A stretch of DNA of 64,000 bases from positions 3,162,001 through 3,226,000 of the forward strand of contig OZ176054.1 of the NCBI GenBank assembly GCA_964247055.1, in the 5' to 3' direction. Source of the stretch: Paragordius varius (Eukaryota; Animalia; Nematomorpha). The position numbers and the translations under genes are program-made. Below are positions 12,601 through 43,900 of the stretch, piece by piece (within the stretch, counting starts at the first letter, position 1; each line of letters opens with the position of its first letter). Under the pieces are notes generated by a model. It was not told where the DNA came from. It searched no databases and was given only the letters and a program-made list of their open reading frames with translations.

Positions 12601-14096
12601 ATATATAACTCTTATTAAATAAAAAATCAAACACAGGCCATATTCAAAGAAACAAAACGTCCGTCCAAAGAGATGCAAAGCACCATTGCCCAACAATTGG
12701 GTTTGGACCTTAGTACGGTCGGAAACTTTTTTATGAATGCCCGACGAAGGAGTTTAGATAAGTGGCGAGATGATAGGTGTAGTAGCAGTACAGGGAGCAT
12801 TTATTGTCACAGTAACATGGGCGATGATGCATTTAACGATGATGAATACTCGACGGAAACGAAGGAACAAACGGATTTATTGCTCCGAGAGGCCAAACTA
12901 TCCACCGGCTTCTACATGGATCATATCGCAGCAGACGGTGCTCACAATCAAGTGGAAGAAAACCCATTCAGATTGGATGATGAAGATGGCGACGATATTT
13001 ATACCTGTCACATTTCGTCAAATACTCCTCTTTTAGACCCTACGAATGCCACCAACGCAAACCCCAACCCAAATAATGCTGCTAATATAAATGACCTAAA
13101 CCTAACGGCAAACAATAATAATTTGAACTCTTGTACAGCAGACCCATTATTATTATCATCATCACAAAAAGATAAGGCATCATTCATTGAAAGTAATAGG
13201 GAGGCGCTAACGCGCACTAATGTATCTAAAACACCGACAACTCCATCAACTACCCCAGTATCCGGTCGCCGAAGACGTTCTGGAGCATCTTCAAATGTAA
13301 ATGCAGTTGGTAACAACAGGCGCAGTAGAAATTCGCACGCAAACACTCGAAATCGTTCTCTCCATAGTTTAACTTCATCAAATTCATCTAGAAGAGGTGG
13401 TGGTCCATTAGGATCTCAACAACGGTTAACTTCTATAGCTGACGAATACGCTGAAGAAATGGAAATGGGTATATATATATCATTATTAAACTACATTGAA
13501 CTTAGTTTTTGAGATAATAATAATAATAAGCTAAAACATCTTTTTTTTCATATATGCACATAACAGGTATAGTGAGTAGCACTACGGTTTGTTCTGATCC
13601 ATTACCCATTTCATTGAATCCTTTCAGGACAGATCTCTCCCTCACATCTTTACAACATGAAGGACAAGAGAATCAAACAAGAGCTTTACAATCAAATGGA
13701 GCAGGTGCTCCTGATTTGTGTCCCCTTTCAGATGTCCTGATGTTTGGGGGTGGTGGCAGTGCTGATATAGTCAATACCGCCGATGAACACAATCTCGATT
13801 CCACTTTGGATGCCATGGTGAGATCTTCAACAGTTGGCGATGAAACATCCGATTTCTACGATGCCGCCACTTTACTCGCTTCTCCGCTAAAGCATACGGA
13901 AGAACTTCCTTCCATTTGTGATTCATTTACCCCATTCATGTGTAACAATAATTCCAATATCGCAAATAATAGCGGTTCTGTAAATGTTAACACACCTCTG
14001 GTCAATTCATCAGATAGCATGATGATAGTTGATATGAAAACTGAATCTGAATACAAAGGTTATAACTGTTTTTTTCAATTTTTATGTTTACTTTAG
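6669..14096 (+). CDS. onecut: ONECUT-class CUT-homeobox transcription factor (HNF6-like), about 1,810 aa
   Basis: Exons 6669-10530, 11726-11928, 12637-13468, 13567-14096, all GT-AG with compatible phases. The last exon could splice again at 14058. TP box TYATLTPLQPLPSILST at 7245-7295. CUT domain EEINTKELAQRISSELKRYSIPQAVFAQRVLCRSQGTLSDLLRNPKPWSKLKSGRETFRRMFKWLEEPEFQRMSALRLA. Homeodomain KKPRLVFTDIQRRTLQ|AIFKETKRPSKEMQSTIAQQLGLDLSTVGNFFMNARRRS with the ONECUT-specific F48/M50. Confidence 0.95.
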
Positions 14097-16651
14097 TTTA
14101 AAAAAGGGTAGGAGTTATTTGCACTATTTCATCCTTTTTTAGAATGAAAACGGATGTAAAAACTCACCGTATATCAGTTTCGAATCAAACAAATTATTAT
14201 TATATTATCTTTTTATATTAGTATTATATATAATTCAGCATAAAACAACTAAATTTTAGGATTTTTTTTATCTTGCTTTGCGTCAGTTTTAAGAACAATC
14301 CTAAGCAATTAGAACACCTAATATGTGTATTAATTTCTACATATGATAAAATGTTATTAGATAAATCATCCAATTACATTTTGGAGGGACAAATTAACAA
14401 GAACATTTCTACTAACCAAAATCTCCAACACTTTACACTTGAATCCAAAAACTTGATATCTCAAAATCCAAAAAAAGATACTGAGTAAATAAAATTATAT
14501 CTTATGAAGCATCATCAAATGTTAATCTTAAAAACTTGTGGAAAATGATCTGTGTGCCATATATCACATGTTTGTTTAATATCGTATAAAAAATCAGAGC
14601 TGCATAGTTTATATTTGGTTTAAATTTAATTAATATTAAACATTCCATTTTATTAATTATATATCCGATTGATCTTAATTTTGGTGGTCATGAATGGCAA
14701 ATGTACTTACCTTAAAAAAATGCAAGCAAATGTTGAATATAATATTATTATATTTTATTTATTTACTTTTATAAATATTTATGTCCCATAATCCGTGTTG
14801 TACCTCTATCATCTCTTTTTAAAATATTTTTTATTTAACATCATTCATTACATTACATTCGGCATATTTCAATATCTGAATACTCTCTTGAATATCTTTG
14901 GAATTTCAACATAATAATAATAATTAGTGCAATCCAAATTATTTTATTGATAAACCATTTTTTGTGCAAAACTAAAACATCTGCAAAAGTCATCGTTCAT
15001 TTGTTTACCGCAATCAGTTTAAATGAATGTACTGTAAAAATTGGAATTATACAGACAAAATGTAAAAATTACAAGGCAAATAGTTTTTTTCTAAAAGACA
15101 ATCATTTTTTTAAACCTTGTTTTTTAAAAAATAAACCATTATTCATATAATTATATAATTTCAAATGTTAATTTATGTAGAATAACATCAAGGTTTAGGA
15201 AAATATGATTGTCTTTGAAAAATATTTGTCTTTACATTTTTACACTGTGTTCGTCCGTATATTTTCAATTTTTACCATATAGAAATGCGTGCAATATAAT
15301 ATAACCCAAAAATATCATTTTCAAGCAATCATCATTGTTTCATTAATTAATTAATATTTTAAAATATTTTAGCTAATTTACATCTTTTGTGGTTTTTTAT
15401 CTATAAATATCTGTGTGCTGAAAAGGTGGTTAGCTAATGTTTTGGCATTTAGTGTTAACAACACATGTGACTGGGAATTAAGATGGCATATAAGAATGTT
15501 TAATTTAATAACCCAAGAATTTAATATTTTTGTAATTTATTATTTTCAATATCTAGATGCCACCATGACATTTTTTTATTTATACTATACATGGTTTATT
15601 TAATTGCATATTTACATTTTTATTATTTTAGATAATGGTAATGAATGTAATTATAAACATTATGAAATAAATTAATTAAATATAATTTGTGTAAAATTTT
15701 AAAATCATAAAAAACCATCTTATTTATGTAGATGTGTGTGAAAAATGACAAATCGCATTCTAAGCCCCCAATTCGATAATTAATATTTTTTATAAGTTAG
15801 GTTTTTTTAAATAATCGGAAGCTAAAAATGCCGCAGTTCGTTCCTATTTTATAGATGTTTAAAATGTATATTAAAAACAAGCACTCATAAATTTCCGTAT
15901 CCAATATTTGAGAAAATAAAACAGTATTTTAAATTTGATAATTTAGTATCATTTTTGTTATTTCAAAACTTTGACTGGATTAACAAATATCCCAATAGGT
16001 AATAAAGTGCTAAGAAGTAAATGTATTTTTTTGACAATATCAGATGAATGCTAATAGTTAAACTAAAGGAGAGTAAGTATACATTGCTAGAAAGTTATTA
16101 AAAAACCAGTAAAAAAAATTATAAAAAGATGTCTTATAGCTTGCTTATTCTCCATATATCAAATTTCTTTTCCAATAAATTTTCCACATTTATCATTTAT
16201 TGATCATATGAAAAATAAAAATAAGGGGTATCAAAAAAAACGTTGCACTTTCATTATAAATAAAAAAAAATAATACAAATGCAAAACTGTTTGTTGAGTG
16301 TTACCACAACCATAAAGGAATAATGTAAATTAAATTGACTAGAAAATTATTCAAATTATTGACTAGTTATTAATGCTTTTGTGTCAAAAATGATGATAAA
16401 AATAAAAAAGCAATATATATATTATATAATTATAAATAGTATAAGAATGAATGTAAAACACTGTGAGCTTAGCTTTGAACAATAATCAAGACTAGTTAGT
16501 AAGTTAGGAATAGGTAATATATCACAAAAATTTATAGCCATGTATATATAATACATAAAAAAGCAGTGTGCAAAAACTGTTATATATAGACTCATACTTC
16601 TTAAAGACAATACAAAAAAAGAATATAGATAGCGCGACACTACAGATATAA

Positions 16652-35069
<18,418 letters not shown>

Positions 35070-35954
35070 GATTTTCGTGTAAAAATAAATTATAAAAAAT
35101 ACAAATAATCAAATTTGTTTATTTAATTTATTTTATTTATATTTGTCAGGTGATGTTTATAAAAGTAGCGTGAAAAATGACGAAGCTACCGAAAAACGTG
35201 CAAAATATGAATGAATAAAAATATTTGCAAAAAATTCATAATTTGTTAGTTTTTATATAATTTGACTTAATTTTTTATTTTGTTTTTCTCATTGTATTAA
35301 TGTAAAGGCTTTAAATCTCAGAAGCTACTTTTAATAAAAAATGCTAAAGGTAAGGCTTACTATTATCCAATATTATATAAATATAATTATATAATTTAAC
35401 ACAGTACTACACCTAAATATGGTAGTAGTGATCTAAATTTTAGAACACCTTATTAATATTTAATTATAATAATAAATGTAAAATCAGCCAAAATATGTTA
35501 AACTTCGTACGTATGCGGTGTTTGAGACACTACGACTACAAAATTTCACTAATTGACATTGAGACGAATTTAAAAGTTACCAATTTTTGATATGCTTATA
35601 TCAGATAAATATTACTCGAACTAGCCAAAAATAACCGGAACAAAGGGTTGAAAAATGAATCTAGGGTATTATGTAATATTAACAGCTGAGAGCTTAAAAA
35701 AATTTTTGTTTTATTCTTATATACAACATAATTTGCAAATTATTTCTCGGTTTCAATTAATGAGCTTCTATCCAAAAATATTAAAATTGAAATACCTTCA
35801 TTTTTGACCCTCAATTTGGCACATGATTATATAAATAGCCATTATAATTGAGGACCTAAACCTTACGAAAAAATTTGCTAGGTTTAGTAAGTCTTTACGA
35901 GAATCTTGGTAAAAAAAACATGCACCTTTGAGAAATTAATTATTTATTATAATA

Positions 35955-36660
35955 TTGTTTATCGGCTTCTATATATTTCGCACATATAATATGTAGATGG
36001 CATGAAAAAAGTGAATATTTTTCTGCATACCACGTCTACAAAATATAAAGGTATTGCTCTGCGAGCGTGTGGCCCATTGAAGCGAGAAGATATCAGATGG
36101 TGCCAGGTCAGAAAAATAGGACGGATGCGGAAGAATTTCTCATTCAAACAATTTAGGTGACTTTCATTGGTTTTACTCTGTAAGATGGAGCATTGTCATG
36201 GAGCATCATGTCCAGTTGTAGGTCATTCCGGTCGTTTTTTAGTTATATGGTTAAAATGTATTATTTATGGGCAATAAAGTTGTGTTACAAACAACGGTTT
36301 CACTGGTCTTCATAAGTTCACAATACATATCGCTGTGGTCTTCCTGCCGAAGCGATTAGACCTTGATATAGATTTACGGCTTGGCAAGGTAAGAACATCA
36401 TATTATCCGCTTTGGATTTGAAAAAAATCACTTCTCATCCCCTGTGACAATTCAAATCTAAAAGGATTTACTTCGTGAGATTAACAGGATTTTGCAAATA
36501 ACTTACAGTTGACGTTCATTCAAATTGTGTGGGTCTCATTAATCACTTTTCTTCGTCTTTCCTATTGCTCGCAGATGCTAGTGCTTATTTTTTGTGATAA
36601 TGTGATGCTTCTGCTAATTGCCATTTAATTGAATGGGGTCATCATACAATAACCCCTGAA
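35955..36660 (-). pseudogene. Degenerate mariner (Mos1-like) transposase
   Basis: Minus-strand fragments in shifting frames: HLRAIGK, PHNLNERQ, VTGDEK*, NPKR, SNRFGRKT, LHDNAP, EILPHPSYFSDLAPSD, ASMGHTLAEQ. They follow the order of the mariner motifs WVPHEL / TGDEKW / HDNA / HPPYSPDLAPSD. Many stops and frameshifts. Confidence 0.85.
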
Positions 36661-37591
36661 ATTTATCGTCATTGCAATCGTATAATCCATAAAAACACCC
36701 ACTATTAAATTTTAAAACCCATGTTTAACATATTTTCGATAGAACATGTTCACCATACCAGCAAACGTTGACTTTCAATAGCTTTTTAATTATGATGAAA
36801 TAAAAAAAGAATGTCGCAAATGTTTATTCCCAGACACATTTTAACATGATTGAAGGATAAAAATAAAATAGTTGGAAGTTTGTGTTTGTGTTTAATGTCA
36901 GTTAACCAAAGTATGTGTCAAATTAATCGGATGCGTATTTCCGCTTTCGTATTTATAGTTAAACCGATAATGGATTATATCTACGATTGAAGACATGATA
37001 TATATTTTATTAATTGAGATTTGACCGAAAATTTCCTATAATTTAATATAATTTTATTCCAAGATCTATATATTTACAAAAATGTAAAGTGTGGGCTGTG
37101 AGACAATTTTGGGAAAAACATGTAAGCCCATATTCCTAAGTGGAACTTTATTAATTGTTTATAAATGGACGCCGATAGAAACTGATCTGTTTATATTGGC
37201 CGTCAGTTTTCCTCCATTTAATATATGTTTATAAAAAAAATAGAAGTATCCAAAATATTAAGCTAACAGCACGTGTTTTCGTAAAACGTGTAAGTCCATT
37301 CAAATAATGATAAGTTATATACGGATGCAGGGTTATTGTGCTGTTTTTAATTTCCCCCAACCTCACCCCCAAAATGGGGTTTTTTTAAATAATTGATTTA
37401 AACAATTTTCCGGAAAACGCATAGATCCATCGGATTTAAAAGTAAGTTATTTATTCATTTATAAGGAAGGGTGATTCAGCTATTTATTAAAAAGGCCCTT
37501 GTTCATCCCCTTACGGGATTTTAGATAAGGTTGGAAACACAGATAAACATAACGGTCTATTCGAATATATAATATATTTTTTATATATTTA

Positions 37592-38630
37592 CTAGCTGTA
37601 CCCTGTCACACGTCGTTGTGACTTAAACGAAACGATTTTTATTATATCTTATCTTCCTACAATAATTAGAAAATGATAAACTGAATAAAAAATACCCACT
37701 TCTGAACAAGTTAGGAAACTGAGAACAGATTCGCACATTCTTAAAAAATCCACTAAAATGTCTGGGACCTACATGTTTTCCAGTAAATTGCTTAAATCAA
37801 TTTCAAAGCGCACATTTTTGAAGTGACATGAAGTGAGAGTCAATTTAGTTTATGGTGCTTTTTTTTAAAAAAAACATAATATTAACTGAATAAGTTTATT
37901 TGCGAAATATTGCTTCAGAACCAAATTCAAACCCCATTTTCAGGGGGATGGCGATTAACTAAGGGGTTTATTGAGAACTAACTCTTTCACCCTCAACCCA
38001 GTTATGTTTAAATTCTACACCCGGATAAAGTGCATCAAAACTAATTTTCTTTCGAAAACTTTATTTTTAGGGGGAGTACGACTAAGAGTTCTTGTCAAAG
38101 AGTTCGGCCACCCTCGCCATATCAAATAGTGAAAAAATTTCACTTTAAAATTTGAATGGGTCCGTATTCTAAAAAAATTGCTTCAAGACCAATTAATAGA
38201 ATTTTACGTAAAAGAGAGAACTTAGGATTCACAAAAAAGTGCAGTCGGCGCTTTGATCAAAAATAAAAAAATCCAAATTTGGCATTTATTGCGCGTTTTT
38301 TGCAGAATTACTTCAAAGTCCATATGTGTCCAAACTGAGGGGCGTAAAAAACCACCAAAAATACATTATTGAAACTGAATGAGTCTACCCGTTTCCTGGA
38401 AACGCGTTCAAAATTCAAAAAACTTGTTTTTTTAAAACCTCTCTAGCAATGTGTGCGGCAAAACTGAGGGATGTAGAAGCGGCTTAATCCTCGTTAATAA
38501 TTAGATGATTTCAACTTTGTTTAAATGGCCCCACACTTTATCAGGAAAATGCTTCACACTCCCCTGAAAAATGGGGTTTCTGAACAAAAATCGGCTTTGA
38601 AACGGGTAAACCATGTATTTAGCCGCTTCA
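37592..38630 (-). mobile_element. Putative non-autonomous Helitron (3' end clear, 5' boundary uncertain)
   Basis: The minus strand ends GTCACA-ACGACG-TGTGAC (hairpin) AGGGTACAG CTAG|T. This is the Helitron pattern of a hairpin about 10 nt before a CTRR terminus followed by T. The right boundary is estimated. Confidence 0.45.
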
Positions 38631-38641
38631 TATATTTAAAT

Positions 38642-38869
38642 CAATACAAGAATTGATTTGGCAAACGTATGAATATATTATTAACAAATAAAAAATTTAT
38701 TAATAAAACTTATATTTCGATCATGTTAACTGATATATATAGCAGCTCATTTTCGTTCTCACCACTGTGATCAAGATCATGCTAACATGATCGAAATCTA
38801 AGTTTTATTAATAAATTTTTTATTTGTTAATAATATATTCATACGTTTGCCAAATTAATTCTTGTATTG
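38642..38869. repeat. 228-bp foldback inverted repeat (87-bp arms, 54-bp spacer)
   Basis: 38642-38728 (CAATACAAGAATTGATTTGGCAAACGTATG...TTTCGATCATGTTA) is the reverse complement of 38783-38869, with 2 mismatches seen. Confidence 0.9.
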
Positions 38870-40601
38870 TCATTCACGTATGGAATCCTTAAATTTTAAT
38901 ATTTAAATCAATGTTTTCGGTAAAAGTATTAGGACATATGAATGTGTTACTGAACTAATTTGTCTTTATGAACATTTTTTTATTAGCTTTTAGGGTCCAT
39001 TCCTTCTAAAATAGGCATCGAAATAAAAATTTTTTGTAAAAATATTTCTGGGATCCTCAAAGCTATTTTCTCATGCATTATCTTAATAATTGAAATTATG
39101 TATGAGTCGCTTTTTACAACCATTGGATAGATCCTAGCTCATGTGGTATAATATCATATAATCTTGTGACCATATTTTTGGACAACGAAATTTTCAAAAA
39201 TGTTGAATATTAGTTATAAATAATTAACTTGAATAAGGGTATTAATATAAGCAATTTTAGGCGAATACGTAACCCTCTAATGAGAAACATTTTTAAAATA
39301 TTTTTATTTCTTTCCTCAGTTTCTTACAAAATTTTTAACTAATTACACTAGTCGACAAATTTGGACATTTTTGAGCACCACCACTCAAACTTTTAAATTA
39401 TGACTAATTTCAGTGTTTTAAAACCGAATGTGAAAAAAATTTTGATCCCGCCAATCAGAATTTTGAAATATTATAGGTTTTTCAATTTTTCAAAAACAAG
39501 AGAAAATCGAGAGAAAATTAAATATAACTTTATAATAAAATGTTATTATATTATAAGCTTAATATCATTTAATAAAGCGTTTTAAACTCTATCTTTTGTA
39601 TATAAATATGTCATTTAAATATCAGAGAGAAAAAAATAGTACGGACTTAAACGTCAAAATTTAGTCTTTTTCTTTCAGGTGAATTTTTAATACGTATAAG
39701 AAATTTTTAAAAAAATACTAAAAAAGGCATTCTATGGTTTAAACCTTTGGCTTTCAGATAGGCTATATTTTTTTTGTTAGTTTTCGTTCTTTCGAGTAAT
39801 TATTAGGCTTTTTTTCTTGAGTTGGTTCTTACAAAAAATCCTTTATTAATACCTAGTGGATATACTTTATTTTTTAAAATTATTGGTTGTTTTGTATTTT
39901 TAATTTCAGATGGATGTTGGGTAGCCACTTTTAGTAGAATTTACTATTATGGGATTGGACCATTTGTATTTACCTAATCTTTTTATTCAATTTAATTGTA
40001 GAATTTATCTAACTTTATTCTGTGAATTGGTTAATTTGACATGTCAGTTTGCCTGGATTTTGCTTGCAAGTCTCTCTTATTGGGCTTTACGATTACTTAT
40101 TGTTATCTTCGCCATATCTGGCATAATTGGATCGCTTGGGGTATATGCAGAGCTTGTGCAGCCGCCCGGATCTATCACACTATACATAAGCCCCTTTTAG
40201 ATTTTTAATACTTTGGCTCTTAGCTTGTTTAGTATCTTATTTAATGCCTAGAATTTTGTTATTCATGCATGGAATATTACTTGTATCGACTTGTTCGTTT
40301 GAATATTTAAACATATGTACACGAGGAATGATTGTTATTTTTAAATTAAATACAAATTTAAAAATTAAATTTCGGAAAAATCTTATTGGTGGCCTCAATT
40401 TTCTTTTTTGTTTTGGCCTTTCCATGCCATTAGGTATCAGAAAATGCAAAAATAATGGGGTGGTGCAAAACCTTGTTGATTAGTGTTATCAATCAGGAAG
40501 GAGTATGCATAGTTAGTCTACAGAGTTGCAGGATGGATATATTAGTATATCCTAATTAGCAACAGAGACTATAAGAAACCAAATTTTATTGACAGTGTTT
40601 A

Positions 40602-40897
40602 TAATATAAATTATAAAGGATATATTTATTTATTTAGTATAACATCAAAACTGAATAATATAATATAATGTGTTCTGTGTGTTACAATGATTCCTTATAT
40701 ACATTAGGAAATTTGGTTATTGCATTCACAAGGATAAAGTTGTGTGGTTTAAACGTTGTTAAAGATAATAAGTATAAAATAAAATAATTTGCATTCACAA
40801 CCAAGGTAATATATATTTTTAGCGTAACAAGGACCAAAGTTTATTATGCACTAAAAAAGAGAAGGATAATTTGCGTATGATGATAACCCTATTAACA
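40602..40897 (-). repeat. 3' LTR of the Gypsy element
   Basis: 296 bp, TGTTAATAGG...ATTTATATTA on the minus strand, preceded by the PPT at 40898-40910. Confidence 0.95.
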
Positions 40898-40908
40898 TAC
40901 CTTCTTCC

Positions 40909-43900
40909 TTAAGCTTGATATCGGTCGGGTGGCTTTCGGGATCTAATCGGGTACCGGCGAGTTGTGGTAGGAGAAGTGTCACTTGTTTGCACGGGAGTAT
41001 TCTCACTTGAAGGCGCACTTTCTGATTCCGGATTCTCCTCGATGTTTTCAGGGGTTCTTATTTCATGTTCCGTGGGATGTTTTCGGAGGTTATTATCATT
41101 GTTGTTTAAGTTGTTGGTTAAGTTTTTAGTCTTTTCCTCACTGTTATTATCATTGTTGTTTAAGTTGTTGTTTAAGTTTTTAGTCTTTTCCTCACTTCTT
41201 CCGTCTTCTCCTTCGGCCGACCAATCCATGCGATTTCTTAATTGATCAGCATGTTTGCGGATAATTTTGCCATTGTCGTTGACATTGTACGATAACCATC
41301 CCGTTCTGTCGACGATTTGTCCCTCCCTCCAACCAGAACACAATTCATTCTTGATATATACTTTTTGCCCCTTTTCAAACTCCTGCGGAATGTCGGGAGT
41401 ATCCATGAATTCGTTGGGTTTCGTTTTCATCCATGTTAATGGGCTTTGCATAGTTCTTTTTAAAAACAAATGCGCGGGGGTCTCCTTCGTAGAACTGTGA
41501 TGCGTGTTTCGGTAAGCCCATAAGATTTGGTTTAATCTTCGTACTGGGTCTGCGGAAAGGTCTGCGGAAAGTGCGGTTGACATTGAATAATGATTTTTTA
41601 GAGTGTAAATTACCCTCTCTACCAACCCATTTGTTCGGGGGTGGTAGGGAGCTGATGTTACGTGTTTTATATTAGAGGAAGCTAAAGTTCTCTCAAACTC
41701 CCCCGATTTAAAATAAGAGCCGTTATCAGTAACCACCACTTTTGGGTACCCATACCGGCAAAAACAGGTTTCTAAAAACTTAAGGATATTACCGGTATTC
41801 ACAGAACGTACCGTTTCTACCTCCACCCAGCGGGTGCAATGATCAATTAGTACCACCCAGTATAAATTGTCAATGGGTCCAGCGATATCTAGGTGGAGCC
41901 GTTCCCATATGGTTGTATTCCCGTTCCATTGATAGGTGGGATTTTCGGGTACATTTGGGCGCAGCCTTTGACAGTTTTGGCAACTACGCACCCATTTATC
42001 GATATCTTGGCTCAACCCGGGCCAATAAACCTTTTCACGGCTTAATAGTTTCATGGCTTGTATTCCCGGATGGCCACAATGCAGGTATTTTAAAATATCT
42101 GGCTTAATTTTGTTCGGGATTATTACCCGATCTCCCACAAATAATAGACCGTATGCATCCTCAATTTCATTTTTTATTGCTATGAAAGGCTTGACCAGGG
42201 GATCCGTCCAATTATTAGACCTTAGGGCTACTTTTAATTTTGCTATAGTAGGATCCTTCATAGACTCTTGATAGATAATTTCTCTATTTAAATTTAATTC
42301 GTTGGACCAAATCAAATGAACATTGCTACTTTCATCATCTTTCTCAAACGCCATCGACTCCTGGTTTTCAATGGGAAGTCTCGATAGGCAGTCAGCTATG
42401 TTTTCTGTACCAGGGTGATATTCTATATTAAAATCGAATACCGATGTTCTGGTTATCCAGCGTACTAGTTTACAATTATTAATTTTACTTAGATCTCTTT
42501 GAGGCCCAAATAGTTTCACTAGAGGTTTGTGGTCCGTTTGTATTATAAATTTCCTGCCATACAAAAAGGTTTTAAACTTCTCTAACGCTATTAGGATAGA
42601 TTTTGCTTCTCGCTCAATTACTGAATAGTTTCCTTCAGCCTGAGAGCATTTTTTTGACGTGTAGGCGATCGGGCGATTACCCGCTATTGTTCTATGTGAT
42701 AAAATAGCACCGTATCCCGACATTGACGCGTCGGTTTCCAAGACTATAGGTAGTTTGGGATTATATGGATGCAAGGAACTACTCTGGCAGATCAAGTCTT
42801 TAGCTTTTTTGAATATCGAATCATGCGTTAGCGTCCAACACCATTTTTGTTTGTTACCTGCTAATTTATGTAGTTCTCCCATTAAAATGCTTAGGGAAGG
42901 GATGAATTTTGCATGAAAATTAAGTAAACCCAAAAATGATCTAAGAGTGGTTTTGTTGGTCGGGGTCGGGCACTCTTGGATGGCTTTAATTTTATTTGGG
43001 GAGGGCTTAATGCAATTTTCAGAAATAATGTGACCAAGATATTCCACAGATGGTTGAAAAAGTTTTATTTTATCTTTGCGCAATTTTAATCCCATTGTCT
43101 CTAATTTGGTAAATACCTTTATTAGGTTGTCCTTGTGCTTTGTCTCGGTTTCTCCTGTCACTATAACGTCATCTAAATAAACGGCTGTACCTGCGCAATC
43201 TTTTAATAACTCGTCCATTATTTGTTGAAAGAAACTTGGGGCGCAATTCAACCCGAAAGGCAATCGTTTATACTTATAAAACCCCTTATGTGTCGAAATT
43301 GTTAGTAAGTGCTGACTATCTGGGTCTACTGGAATTTGAAAATAGGCGTCTTTCAAATCTAGTGTCGAGAAAGATTTGCCGAAGGAAATTTTTGAGATGA
43401 GGTCGTCAAAGGTTGGGATTATGTATTGCGGCGGTTTTATGTGTGGATTTATACTTATTTTAAAATCCGCGCATATTCTAAGCTCTTTATTAGGTTTTAT
43501 AATATTTACAGTAGGGCTGGACCAAACGATTCTAGTCTTTTTTGGATCAACAGGCTCAATTATATCCAGTTTTACCAATCTATTTATCTCATCCTCCACT
43601 TTGCTTTGTAACGATAGTGGCACCCTTCTACTTGGAAAAATTCTACCACAATTATTATTACTTAAAAACACTTTAATCGGGTCGCCCTTCCAGCAACCAA
43701 GGCCCTCAGAAAATAACTTGCTAAATTTGTTATATATATCATATGAAGATAAGTTATTTATTATTACATGATTGGGTAATTTTAAATTAAATTGTTTTAT
43801 CCAGTCCATTCCAAATATTGATGGTAAGTTGTTGTTTATAATAAAGCACTCTAGAATGTGCGTTCTTTTATCTAATTCAACCTGTAATTTGCATTTACCT

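Noticed and set aside
6653-13346. Antisense ORFs over onecut, and likewise over FASN and gag-pol
   Set aside because: Shadow ORFs opposite long real coding exons; no independent features.
39400-40480. Possible decayed Penelope-like ORF continuing from the left hammerhead arm
   Set aside because: Only weak, stop-ridden hints (e.g. NKGFFVRT); no RT or GIY-YIG motif recognisable by eye. A TBLASTN/HMM search would be needed.
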